64,000 nucleotides of DNA from an uncultured Saprospiraceae bacterium. GTDB lineage: Bacteria > Bacteroidota > Bacteroidia > Chitinophagales > Saprospiraceae. Below the pieces are notes generated by a model. The model did no database searches. It was not told the origin of the DNA and worked only from the letters and a program-made list of their open reading frames with translations. The stretch covers positions 12,742-76,741 of the forward strand of contig CAKZTD010000023.1 of assembly GCA_937921595.1 (NCBI GenBank), given 5' to 3'. The position numbers and the translations under genes are program-made. Shown piece after piece: positions 54,292 to 64,000 of the stretch (its first letter is position 1; every line of letters starts with the position of its first letter).

Positions 54292-57200
54292 TCACTTCTG
54301 CACCACCACCTGCTTCAAAAACACCTTACCCCCTACAAATACCTTCAGAGGATAAACTCCAGCAGCATATTCAGAAAGATCAAAATCATAAGTCTTATTC
54401 AACACCGATTCGGAAGGCGTTTCGATCAAAATCTTGCCCGCAACATCAGTAATCAAAACGCGAACCTCTTCGCTATTTTCTAAAGCCATTTTTAATTGAA
54501 ATTTTCCATTAGTTGGATTCGGCAACAAGTCAATCAAGCCTTCCAATTCCGGATCGTTCACACCAACCAAATTGTCAATCACTACTTCTTCTGAAAAGAC
54601 ATTACAACCGTTCTCATCTGTAATTTCTAAAACATAAGTGGCCGCTTCCAAATCATTCGGATCCTCATCATCAGACTCTTTGATACCATCTACTCGCCAA
54701 TCAAAATCATAAGGTGGCGTTCCACCAACAACCGTAACCTGTGCACCACCATTCCCTTGATTATTCGTTTCATCAAAAACGGCATCAATGGTAATCACAA
54801 TTTCTGATGGCTCAGTTATCGTCACTGAAGTAGTTCCCATACAGCCATTAAAATCAGTGACCTCCACATTATAAATTCCAGGTCCAAGATCGGAAGCTTG
54901 AGAAGTAACCTGTGTATTCGGATCATCCCACAGAAAAGAATACGGTGGTGTTCCTCCATTGACAATCACAGTTCCTCTTCCATCATTAAAACCAAAACAA
55001 GAAACATTATCTGTATTTATAGCAACCGGTTCTATCTCCTCAGGTTGCGTTACTTCTATAATATTGACATCGGTACAAGCATTCGCATCGGTGATTGTCA
55101 CGATATAGTTTCCTGCAAAAATCCCAGATTGCGTATCTCCTGTTCCGCCGTTCGACCAAGCATAAGTATATGGTGCTACACCTCCCAAGCCAATCACGGT
55201 TGCACTTGCAGTAGCCGTTCCAAAACATTCTGCACCAATCACTTCGCTAGCAGAAACCGATAATTCACTAGGTTCTGTGAACGTATAATTCTCTACCCAA
55301 GGGCAACCTGCTGCATCAAAAATAGTTACTGTATATGTTCCAGGCCCAAGGTTAGTTACTACATCAGTATCTGCTCCGGTGTTCCAATCATAGCTAAAAG
55401 GAGCAGTTCCACCTTCTGGATAAATTTCTACAAAACCATCATTTCCATTATGACAATTAATCGCTCCAATCACTGACTCAATCGACAAAGCACAATCAAA
55501 ATCACTGACCACAATTGATTCGACAATATCACAACCTCTATCATCAGTCAGGGTCACGGTATAAATTCCAGGAACTACATTTTCAATACTTTGTGTATTC
55601 GCTCCATTGCTCCAAGCAAAAGTATAAGGTTCGGTTCCACCAGTTGGTTCAACCATTGCAGAGCCATCATTCATATCAGAATCACTTTCACCAATTGCAG
55701 AAATATTAGACAATAAAATCTCAGGCTCTATGATATCAAAACTTAAATTCGAAATACATTCTCCTTGTTCACTGATCGCAACCGTATATGTTCCTGGGCC
55801 AAGACCATTGATCAAAGCATTCGTTGCTCCATTTGACCATTGATAAGTATAAGGTGCCTGACCATCCAAAACATTAACGAAAATTTGACCATTGTTTTCA
55901 CCAAAACAAGAGATGTCTAATTTTGAAATATCGGTATTTAAAAAACAAGGCACTTCACCACATTCTACTGTTCCAATTTTTGAAATCTCACACCCATTCT
56001 CATCGTTTACCACAACGATATATTCATCACCAGTTTCAAAAGTGTCTTGTGCCGTATCTCCTTGAAAAGTATAAGCTCCTACTCCACCCGTCGTTTCGAT
56101 AATCAATTGACCAAAACCTTCAGAGATACAATTGACATTTACCGCAACACTCAAAGGTTCAAAGTCACTGGTAGAATTCATATCCAACAAATCAATACAA
56201 AAATCTCCTTCTAAAAATCCGAATAATGGATTCATTACTGAAGCGATTTGAATAAAGTAAGTTTCTCCAGGTGTCAATCCTCCAACGTCAAAATATCCAT
56301 CACATCGGATTGGATTATTAAAACAGTTGGTTTCTGAAAGGTCATTACAATCGCCAGAGTAGATCGCAAGGCTATGAACAAAATCAGCTCCTGTATTTAT
56401 TTTTACGCCACCCGAAGCAGGTGCTACAAATTGATACCAAACATTAGCATCAGAGAAGATCGCACAACTAGGATTTGGCCCATCAAAGTCTGCCGCAATA
56501 TTTTCACCTGCAACACAACCGCCGCCAATTACAATTTCCGTAGCGTTACTACAAAGATCATTCACCGCAATAGTCGGGTTTACCGTTTCTACACTCAAGC
56601 AAATATTGCCTTCCAATGTTGCAAAGAAACCAGCGATTTGAATGTAGTATATTTCTCCAGGTGTGAGTCCTGCCGTTTTTAAAGACTGACCTAATTCATT
56701 GCTTGCGACTTCAGAAAATGCTCCGCAAGTTCCACTATAAATCGTAATCACATCTGCAAAATCTGCAGCCGTTAGAACCTCAATTTCCTGATCAGTAGTA
56801 GGAATGAAAGTGTACCAAATATCTGCTCGGGATTTTAAATTCAAAGAAGGCTCTGGTCCTGAGAAAGTTGCATTGAGGTTAGTACCAAGGACACAAGGAT
56901 TATCCATTTGCAAAGCGATTGCATTTACACAATCATCGTTCAAAGGAGGTGTTGGATAAGCTGAAATTTCTTCCGCTGAAATACATAACTCTCCTCTAGC
57001 CAATCCAAATTCTTCATCCAATCCACTAACTCGAATCAGATAATCCGTACCTGCTACAACATCCATATAAACTTGCTCTCCTGTAAAACCAAACTCATCT
57101 CGATTGGTACACGACACCTCTGTTGAACTTCCACAGCTTCCAGAAAAAACCGTTATGATATCATTGAAATTGGATTTCGTTTCTATTTTTAAAATCCCCG

Positions 57201-58437
57201 TAAAGTCTGTCGTGTAACGATACCAAAGTCCAGCTTCGTTATTATTACTACAAGCTGGTTGCTCCCCATCAAATATCGCATTGAGGTTACTTCCACTCAG
57301 GCATTCTGTTCCAGTGGTCAGATTAAATGCAGTGGAACAAAGATCATTGATTTCTCCATTGCCAGTCACTTTTACATTATCAATTCCTACCCACCAACCC
57401 CAGTCTTGTGCATCCGAATAAGCAAAAACAACTTGCATCGTTTGATTCCTAAAAGGCGAAAGATCAACTTCAACTCTTTCATATTCATCAAACTGTGGGC
57501 CTCCAATATCCTCCTGAAATGTCTTAGCCAAAATGGCTTCTGTTCCATTCCAAACCCAAACCGAAACCTGCTCCAAATCATTCGCCTTTCTCAAAATCAA
57601 ATCAAAAGCTAAGGTATAATTTGCATAATCAGATCCTGAAAATGGAGCACTAGTTAATAAGGCTGAAGAAAATGGAGCATTCTCTCCAATACCATCATCA
57701 TCAAAATAAGCAAAACAAGTTCCGTTCATTGAAGTCTCCGAAGAATTACCATTATTTATCAATCCAAATTGCCAAACATCATTTCCAGTTTGAGCTTGTG
57801 TCGTCCAACCATTTGGCATTCCGCAATCATTAAAGGTTTCTAAAACAACATTTTCTCCTTCTCCTAATCCGACTATAGCAATGTTGTCAACACCTCCCCA
57901 CCAGCCGTCCCCTCCATGATCATCATACTCAATAACCAACTGCATGGTAGAGCTGGCAAAATAACTGAGGTCCAATGTATAGTGTTCAAAATCTGAGAAT
58001 TGATTTCCGGTTCCATTATCATCTCCCCAACTTTTCACTTCATGCAAAGTCGTTCCATCAAATACTTTTATACTCATTGTAGTTCCGTCTTCCGGTCTGA
58101 AGTTTAAATCAATATCTAATTGAATAACAGGAAAAGTAGTTCCATTAAATACATTTGAAAAGAATTGTATGGCATAAGCCGGTGTATTATTTCCAACTAA
58201 ATCATCATCAATGATCAACATACAAGATCCATCAATCGTCGTCTCATCAGAATTTGGGTTGGTAGGAAATCCAATATTATAAACAGGAGTACCCGTACCA
58301 ACAACATTGACAGACCAATTGTTAGGAAGTGAACATTCGTTAAAATCTTCAGTCAATAAAGTAACTTGAGAAAACAAGCTTGTCGAGAAAAGACAAAAGA
58401 ATAAGAATTTTAGAATAGTAGCTAAAGGCAATTTCAT
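54292..58437 (-). CDS. giant T9SS substrate: two MAM/choice-of-anchor-J-like modules, three PPC-like modules, SprB repeats, CTD
   Basis: An ATG at 58437 gives the signal peptide MKLPLATILKFLFFCLFSTSLFSQ; the ORF-track start at 58473 is a TTG. Duplicated ...F(N/E)(D/E)C..PN(N/G)W... modules end in WW.G(V/I)DN(I/V). C-terminal LLPNPTNGKFQLKM...GVYPLKVFV is a CTD. Confidence 0.85.
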   Translation of the reverse strand: MKLPLATILKFLFFCLFSTSLFSQVTLLTEDFNECSLPNNWSVNVVGTGTPVYNIGFPTNPNSDETTIDGSCMLIIDDDLVGNNTPAYAIQFFSNVFNGTTFPVIQLDIDLNFRPEDGTTMSIKVFDGTTLHEVKSWGDDNGTGNQFSDFEHYTLDLSYFASSTMQLVIEYDDHGGDGWWGGVDNIAIVGLGEGENVVLETFNDCGMPNGWTTQAQTGNDVWQFGLINNGNSSETSMNGTCFAYFDDDGIGENAPFSSALLTSAPFSGSDYANYTLAFDLILRKANDLEQVSVWVWNGTEAILAKTFQEDIGGPQFDEYERVEVDLSPFRNQTMQVVFAYSDAQDWGWWVGIDNVKVTGNGEINDLCSTAFNLTTGTECLSGSNLNAIFDGEQPACSNNNEAGLWYRYTTDFTGILKIETKSNFNDIITVFSGSCGSSTEVSCTNRDEFGFTGEQVYMDVVAGTDYLIRVSGLDEEFGLARGELCISAEEISAYPTPPLNDDCVNAIALQMDNPCVLGTNLNATFSGPEPSLNLKSRADIWYTFIPTTDQEIEVLTAADFADVITIYSGTCGAFSEVASNELGQSLKTAGLTPGEIYYIQIAGFFATLEGNICLSVETVNPTIAVNDLCSNATEIVIGGGCVAGENIAADFDGPNPSCAIFSDANVWYQFVAPASGGVKINTGADFVHSLAIYSGDCNDLSETNCFNNPIRCDGYFDVGGLTPGETYFIQIASVMNPLFGFLEGDFCIDLLDMNSTSDFEPLSVAVNVNCISEGFGQLIIETTGGVGAYTFQGDTAQDTFETGDEYIVVVNDENGCEISKIGTVECGEVPCFLNTDISKLDISCFGENNGQIFVNVLDGQAPYTYQWSNGATNALINGLGPGTYTVAISEQGECISNLSFDIIEPEILLSNISAIGESDSDMNDGSAMVEPTGGTEPYTFAWSNGANTQSIENVVPGIYTVTLTDDRGCDIVESIVVSDFDCALSIESVIGAINCHNGNDGFVEIYPEGGTAPFSYDWNTGADTDVVTNLGPGTYTVTIFDAAGCPWVENYTFTEPSELSVSASEVIGAECFGTATASATVIGLGGVAPYTYAWSNGGTGDTQSGIFAGNYIVTITDANACTDVNIIEVTQPEEIEPVAINTDNVSCFGFNDGRGTVIVNGGTPPYSFLWDDPNTQVTSQASDLGPGIYNVEVTDFNGCMGTTSVTITEPSEIVITIDAVFDETNNQGNGGAQVTVVGGTPPYDFDWRVDGIKESDDEDPNDLEAATYVLEITDENGCNVFSEEVVIDNLVGVNDPELEGLIDLLPNPTNGKFQLKMALENSEEVRVLITDVAGKILIETPSESVLNKTYDFDLSEYAAGVYPLKVFVGGKVFLKQVVVQK

Positions 58438-58874
58438 TTTGACTAATTGATGATCAACAAATTTTTTGAACAATCGTAAGGATCCAGTAGCTGTTAAATA
58501 AAAAATCGAAGAAAAGGTTCGATTACTTATTTAACTTATTTTAAAAATAATAAATTGTTCAAATAATAATATTTAAAAATAATGAGTTTTAAGTATATTA
58601 TTGCTGAATTCTGTAAATTTATTGTTTGCAAGATGCCATAAATTTATTATTCAGCGATACCCATTCTGATTTTATTTATTTTTAAAAAGCTGATTCTTCA
58701 AAATTTCTAAATCAATTTTTCAGAGATGAAAAATTTTAGAAATGTATTAATACCTGTCTGTCAATATACAGTAGGCATTTTTCAGGTAATTCTTTTTTTG
58801 ATTGAACACCTTTTAAAAATTTTATTTAGCTGAATCCATAAATCTATATTTACAAACTACAGAAAAACCTTAAT

Positions 58875-60329
58875 ATGGTTTTACAAAATTGTGCTGTTAA
58901 TTCTGTCGCTCCTTATGTCCCGAGCACTCAAAACCCTTGGAATGCCCAAAAGGTAGCTCATTTATATCGTCGGCTTGGCTTTGGTGCTTCGCTTAATAAT
59001 ATTCAAGCAGGGCTTCAACAAACCCCTTCTCAACTAGTGGATCAATTGATCAATGATGCGATCTCACTCGGTGCACCGACACCTCCACCCTGGCAAAATT
59101 TCACCTCTGATGATTACGATGGAAATTTCGATTTGTACATAGATCATCAACAAGAATTGTATAGTCGATGGATTCGTAATATGATCATCGAAGGAACACA
59201 AAGTAAATTGGCCCTCTTCTGGCACAACCACTTTGTTACAGAGTTGGAAGTTTATGATTGCAACAGTTCAATGTGGAAATACTTCAGTCTCTTGCATACT
59301 TATGCACTTGGAAACTTCCGAACCTTTGTCGAAGAGATTGGAAAAACTCCTGCTATGTTGATCTACCTCAATGGCAATCAAAACATCGCTGACGAGCCTA
59401 ATGAAAATTATGGCCGAGAACTCATGGAGCTATTTACCATGGGAGAAGGCAATGGTTATACACAAGAAGATATTGTCGAAGTTGCTAGAGCATTGACCGG
59501 TTGGCAAATGAACATGTATGATTGTACACCGTCTTATTTTGATTCAAATTATTTTGATAATACGCAAAAGACTATTTTTAATCAAACAGGGAATTGGACT
59601 TATAATGATGTACATGAATTAATTTTCACTCTTCGCCAAAATGAAGTCGCTCATCACATCTGTGGAAAAATTTATTCTGCGTTTATCAGCCCTGTGATCA
59701 ATGAAGAAATGGTCGCTGAAATGGCGAGTACTTTTATTGCCAACAACTGGGAACTAGCTCCAGTCTTTCGACAAATATTTAAAAGCGAACATTTCTTCGA
59801 TCCATTGATGGTCGGAACTCAAATCAAAGATCCATTTAGCTTTTTAGTGAACCTAATGAAGATGTCTAATTTTCAAGATGAAATAGATTTCGACATGGAC
59901 ACTTTACTATATCTTAGCAGAAGAACTCAAGAATTAGGGCAAGCTTTATTTAACCCAATTGATGTTGCCGGATGGCCTGGCTATCGTTCTTGGCTCAATG
60001 AAAATACACTCACAGCTCGATGGGCAATTAGTAGCACAATGTTATACCAACTCAATGATACGGCAAAAACCAATCTTGTAGCATTAGCTATTGATCTGAC
60101 AAATAATTCAAATGATCCAGCAGTAATCGTTGAAGCCATTGCCAGTCATTATATTGGATTGCCGATTAGTGCCGAACATCTACAGGTTGCTGTTTTAAAT
60201 TTCAAAGGAGAAATTCCTGAAAATTATTTCGAAGATGGAAGTTGGAATCTTTTCTGGGATGAAGCACCAGAACAAATGGTGAATTTATTGAGTTACTTGA
60301 CGAGGCTCCCAGAATTTCAATTAAGTTAA
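58875..60329 (+). CDS. DUF1800 family protein
   Basis: LFWHNHF, NENYGRELMELFTMG and PIDVAGWPG motifs. Paired with a downstream DUF1501 gene, as is usual. Confidence 0.8.
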   Translation: MVLQNCAVNSVAPYVPSTQNPWNAQKVAHLYRRLGFGASLNNIQAGLQQTPSQLVDQLINDAISLGAPTPPPWQNFTSDDYDGNFDLYIDHQQELYSRWIRNMIIEGTQSKLALFWHNHFVTELEVYDCNSSMWKYFSLLHTYALGNFRTFVEEIGKTPAMLIYLNGNQNIADEPNENYGRELMELFTMGEGNGYTQEDIVEVARALTGWQMNMYDCTPSYFDSNYFDNTQKTIFNQTGNWTYNDVHELIFTLRQNEVAHHICGKIYSAFISPVINEEMVAEMASTFIANNWELAPVFRQIFKSEHFFDPLMVGTQIKDPFSFLVNLMKMSNFQDEIDFDMDTLLYLSRRTQELGQALFNPIDVAGWPGYRSWLNENTLTARWAISSTMLYQLNDTAKTNLVALAIDLTNNSNDPAVIVEAIASHYIGLPISAEHLQVAVLNFKGEIPENYFEDGSWNLFWDEAPEQMVNLLSYLTRLPEFQLS

Positions 60330-60475
60330 AAGAAGAACAAGTTAACAAAGTAATAAGTCACCAAGTGAGCAATGATTTTCCATTTACTCTTTTGCTAACT
60401 TATACACTTGTTAATTTCAAAAAAGCTGAATTCTTACGAAAGAAATAAATACGCAAATTTCAAAAGAAAAATATA

Positions 60476-62110
60476 ATGTGTAAAGATCACAAATCCTCTA
60501 TTCATAAAAAAGTAAAGAAGCGATATGGAAGTGCCCTCGAACATGGGTCTGCTCATGCTAGAGATCATAAATCATCACGAAGAGATTTTATGAAAAACCT
60601 AGGACTTGCAGCTTTGGGAACTCCATTTATGTTAGGTAGTACTCCGATCTCTGCATTCAATGCTGCTCCCCTACTCGCTGGATTAAATGCCACAGATTGT
60701 GGTCGTATCTTAGTTTTGATTCGACTCAAAGGTGGAAACGACGGATTGAATACTTTGATCCCTAGAGGTAATGATGAATATTATAATATCCGTCCAAGTT
60801 TAGCCATTCAAGAAAATAATCTTTGGGCATTGAGTGATGAATTTGGAATGCATAATGCCACCCAAGATTTACAATCTTTCTGGCAAGATGGCAAGATGAA
60901 AGTAATCCATAATGTCGGCTATCCTGATCAAAATTATTCTCACTTTAGGTCATCAGATATTTGGGCTTCGGCTTCAGATTCCGAAACAGAAGATAGTACT
61001 GGTTGGATTGGTCGCTTAATGGACGTTAACTTTCCGTCATTTATTGAAGCGCCACCTGTGATACCTCCGGCTTTGCAAATTGGGGTTCAAACCAATCAGG
61101 TTTTCCGAGGCTATTCCAACAACATGGCTTTGTCAATCAGTAACCCAACGGAGTTTTATCAGATTGCACAAGAAGGGGAACTCTATGATACATCAGGACT
61201 TGGAGATTGTGCACCAGAACAAGAATTAAATTTTGTAAGACAAACTGCGAATAGTGCTTTTAGATATTCTGAATCAATCCGAGATGCTTACAACTCGGGA
61301 GCCAATCAAAGTACTTATCCGGATAATTATCTAGCCGAACAGATGGCTATTGTTGCTCGATTAATCAAAGGAAATTTAGGTACAAAAGTTTACATGGTTT
61401 CCCTTGGTGGTTTTGATACTCATGCTGATCAAGATGATGACCATGCCCAATTGTTGCAATATTTAGGAAGTTCGATCAAAGCATTTTTTGATGATTTGTC
61501 AGCAGATGGTTTGGATCAAAATGTTTTGGGGATGACCTTCTCAGAATTTGGAAGAACTATTTTTGAGAATGCTTCTGATGGTACCGATCATGGAACAGGT
61601 GGCCCTATGTTTTTATTTGGTCCGGATAGTTTGGGCAGTGATTTTATTGGAACACCTCCTGATTTGGTCAACCCTGGCCCTTATGGCGATCCTGAGTTTT
61701 CTGTTGATTTCCGTTCTGTTTATGGAACCGTATTACAGGATTGGTTGTGTGTCGATCCAACGGTAACGGATTATGTATTGGGAGAACAGATGGATACTAT
61801 TCCTGGATTACTTCCTCCAGGGAATCCGCCGATTGGTTCAAATGAAATGGCAGCTTTACTAGGTCATAACCCTGATCCAAATATTCCTGGAACTATTTTA
61901 TTAAAGTATGCAGTGAAAAGGCGAGGCACTGTTCGTTTACGAATACTCACTAGTGGTGGCCAACCGATTCGAACTTTGTTTGCAGCATTTAGAGAAAGAA
62001 ATAGTTACACCTTCGCTTTTCGACCTTCGGATTTCTTTTTGCCTCCTGGAGATTATATTTATCAACTGGATGCTGGTGGAAAGATTTATAGTCGGGCTTT
62101 GAAATTTTAA
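60476..62110 (+). CDS. DUF1501 family protein with Tat-like signal and a CTD-like C-terminus
   Basis: SRRDFMKNLGLAALG twin-arginine motif. GGFDTHADQ and SEFGRT...DGTDHG motifs. The last ~85 aa resemble a T9SS sorting domain. Confidence 0.8.
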   Translation: MCKDHKSSIHKKVKKRYGSALEHGSAHARDHKSSRRDFMKNLGLAALGTPFMLGSTPISAFNAAPLLAGLNATDCGRILVLIRLKGGNDGLNTLIPRGNDEYYNIRPSLAIQENNLWALSDEFGMHNATQDLQSFWQDGKMKVIHNVGYPDQNYSHFRSSDIWASASDSETEDSTGWIGRLMDVNFPSFIEAPPVIPPALQIGVQTNQVFRGYSNNMALSISNPTEFYQIAQEGELYDTSGLGDCAPEQELNFVRQTANSAFRYSESIRDAYNSGANQSTYPDNYLAEQMAIVARLIKGNLGTKVYMVSLGGFDTHADQDDDHAQLLQYLGSSIKAFFDDLSADGLDQNVLGMTFSEFGRTIFENASDGTDHGTGGPMFLFGPDSLGSDFIGTPPDLVNPGPYGDPEFSVDFRSVYGTVLQDWLCVDPTVTDYVLGEQMDTIPGLLPPGNPPIGSNEMAALLGHNPDPNIPGTILLKYAVKRRGTVRLRILTSGGQPIRTLFAAFRERNSYTFAFRPSDFFLPPGDYIYQLDAGGKIYSRALKF

Positions 62111-62330
62111 AAGTTGATTTAGGAACAAAGATTAACGAATAGCGATTTTTGATGGATGCCATTTTCCTTATCCACATTTGAGATCAAAAATTGTTAATCC
62201 TTGTTCTTAGATGGTTTTGATGATAGCTTGTCTTTCGACGAGTAAAAGTATTCTTCAAAAAAATATAAATTAGATAAAACATTCCCATTCAAAATCCTAT
62301 CTTGATGCATCATTTATTCTAAATAAAGCT

Positions 62331-63287
62331 ATGCGTCCATTTCATCTATTCAATTTTTTTCTTTTAAAAAAAATAATTCTGCTATTATTTCTACTCATCA
62401 CTAATGGGATGATTAATACAGCATTGGGACAAACACAAGACGACCAAAAGCAGTTATATATCGAGACAAAAAAAGGTAAAGGATATCTCGGTCTTGTTCT
62501 TGACAAAAGCAATGATCATGTTTTAATAAAAACAAAAAAAGGCAAAACTAGATCTATACTCTTCGACGAGATCAGGTCTGTTACAGAGGCTAAACCTAAA
62601 CAAATACATGGAAGACAATACTGGCCAAAACAAGCTCAAGCTATCCTTCAAAATGGCACACCAAATGCTTTTAATATAAAGGAGGGAGAAATTCATCTTT
62701 TAAATTCTTACGGAATATTAAATCAGGTAAGTGTTGGGCTTACGAATAATCTGTCTATGACTTTGGGTGCTAGTCCGATTGGATTATTTTCGCAAGAACC
62801 CTCTCTTATTTGGATGGCGCCAAAATATAGTTTTCCACGTTTTTCAAAATGGTTTCATGTTGGCGTAGGTATTAATTTTCTATCTTTTTATGAAAGCAAA
62901 GTCCGTGGAAATCCAGATTTATTAGGTTACCCATATGTTGTTGTAACACTAGGAAATCCAAATATAAATATCAGCTATAGTATCGGAGCATCTTATTACA
63001 ATTATGGACGAGAAGATAGTGAAGGCGTTAATACAATTAGTAGTTCTATAAGAACTGGAAAAAGAACATACTTCAAAACGGAAAGTTATTTTTTCAAATA
63101 TGACCGAATGATTGATTATACACTTACATGGGTAGGATTAAAACATGTTTGGACTAGATTTTCTATGGATTATGGAGTGCTTTTGAATATCGAACCGGGG
63201 TATGGAACTTATGTTATTCCGCTACCATTTTTATCGGTGTCTTACATGTTTAAAAATGCGCCTTCAAATATTCATTTAGTAAAATGA
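62331..63287 (+). CDS. hypothetical secreted/outer-membrane protein
   Basis: Signal-like N-terminus. Aromatic-rich, alternating beta-strand-like C-terminal half ending in F-rich strands. Confidence 0.55.
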   Translation: MRPFHLFNFFLLKKIILLLFLLITNGMINTALGQTQDDQKQLYIETKKGKGYLGLVLDKSNDHVLIKTKKGKTRSILFDEIRSVTEAKPKQIHGRQYWPKQAQAILQNGTPNAFNIKEGEIHLLNSYGILNQVSVGLTNNLSMTLGASPIGLFSQEPSLIWMAPKYSFPRFSKWFHVGVGINFLSFYESKVRGNPDLLGYPYVVVTLGNPNINISYSIGASYYNYGREDSEGVNTISSSIRTGKRTYFKTESYFFKYDRMIDYTLTWVGLKHVWTRFSMDYGVLLNIEPGYGTYVIPLPFLSVSYMFKNAPSNIHLVK

Positions 63288-63356
63288 ACTATATTTAAAT
63301 AGAGATCGTTTTAGATATCTGTTACATTGAAATTGTTTAAAATGTAAATCTCGTTT

Positions 63357-63752
63357 ATGAAAACTATAAAAAATAAAACTACGCAAGAAACACATCCTCT
63401 TTTTCCTAGCGGAACCTGGGAAGGATTTTACACTTACCAAATGGGGCCTGATGCAGGACAACATGCCATGGCTTTTTCTCTAAACTTCAAAGACGAAATT
63501 ATTACCGGAAACGGAAGTGATGATGTGGGCGGTTTCTCTTGGCGAGGGGCTTATAGTAAAGAAGGACTAGTGTGTACCATGACCAAAGCTTATGCAACAC
63601 ATACGGTCGACTACCAAGGTAATGTTGATGAGAATGGCATTTGGGGAACCTGGACATTGGATTGGATGAAAGGTGGTTTCCATATTTGGCCCAAAGCGAA
63701 TGCGGAGAATGAAGTCGCTAAGGAGGTGAAGAAAATGGAAATTAAAGGTTAG
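63357..63752 (+). CDS. hypothetical small protein
   Basis: 131-aa ORF followed by a strong terminator. W/G-rich, no motif recognised. Confidence 0.5.
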   Translation: MKTIKNKTTQETHPLFPSGTWEGFYTYQMGPDAGQHAMAFSLNFKDEIITGNGSDDVGGFSWRGAYSKEGLVCTMTKAYATHTVDYQGNVDENGIWGTWTLDWMKGGFHIWPKANAENEVAKEVKKMEIKG

Positions 63753-63754
63753 AT

Positions 63755-63802
63755 AAAAAAGAACAGTAAATGATTTTTTCAAATCATTTACTGTTCTTTT
63801 TT
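63755..63802. terminator. bidirectional terminator
   Basis: Perfect 21-bp stem aaaaaagaacagtaaatgatt / aatcatttactgttctttttt with a 6-nt loop. Confidence 0.85.
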
Positions 63803-63814
63803 ATCATTCATTGT

Positions 63815-64000
63815 TTATTTTGTCAAAATAATTCGACGTGTCAAAAAGTCATTTCCTATTGCAATTTTTATAAAATAAATTCCTGCAGCAGATCCATTTA
63901 AATCAAAATCGAAACGATCACCACTAGTCATTCTTTCAACACTTCTTAGCGTTCGACCAGTTACATCCATCACATCAATTTTCACTTGTTCCGTACCATT
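63815..64000 (-). CDS. 3' end of a T9SS substrate (only the C-terminal sorting domain is in the window)
   Basis: My reverse-strand translation: NGTEQVKIDVMDVTGRTLRSVERMTSGDRFDFDLNGSAAGIYFIKIAIGNDFLTRRIILTK*. This is a typical CTD. The ORF continues beyond nt 64000. Confidence 0.8.
   Translation of the reverse strand, partial: NGTEQVKIDVMDVTGRTLRSVERMTSGDRFDFDLNGSAAGIYFIKIAIGNDFLTRRIILTK

Noticed and set aside
49276-58437. A CRISPR-like or other non-coding periodic array, suggested by strong sequence periodicity
   Set aside because: The periodicity is in-frame protein repeats (SprB-type modules) inside two long uninterrupted ORFs. There is no repeat-spacer organisation and there are no cas genes.

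Overview
This is an AT-rich chromosomal segment from a Bacteroidota bacterium. Supporting signs: T9SS C-terminal sorting domains on at least five proteins, SprB-type repeats, rpmB-rpmG-DUF4295-ftsY synteny, and several TTG/GTG starts. The centre of the window (13.6-43.8 kb) is a complete, co-directional ~30 kb extracellular contractile injection system (eCIS; Afp/PVC/AlgoCIS class) locus. In order it encodes: a DUF4255 cap, an unknown 453-aa protein, a single sheath, two tube proteins, a DUF5908-like micro-ORF, a LysM tube initiator, a VgrG-like spike, PAAR, gp25, two giant baseplate proteins, a fibre-position protein, a tape-measure-like protein, two DUF4157 cargo candidates (one a 1778-aa double-DUF4157 giant), an AAA+ ATPase and a signal-less S8 protease with a lamin-tail domain. 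Several unusually long, structured spacers interrupt the locus, and some carry repeats also found elsewhere in the window. The left flank holds a DUF3298 protein, a carboxylesterase, DUF1684, an SPFH protein, a BtuF-like binding protein, two T9SS substrates, tRNA-Arg(ACG), rpmB, rpmG, DUF4295 and ftsY. The right flank holds a YfcC-type permease, a TPR/PD40/OmpA protein, a GT9 heptosyltransferase, two convergent giant SprB-repeat T9SS adhesins, a DUF1800/DUF1501 pair, two hypotheticals and a truncated T9SS substrate. I saw no rRNA, CRISPR array, transposase or integrase. All calls come from reading motifs in the supplied translations and the DNA by eye; no database search was run, so family names are recognitions, not hits.
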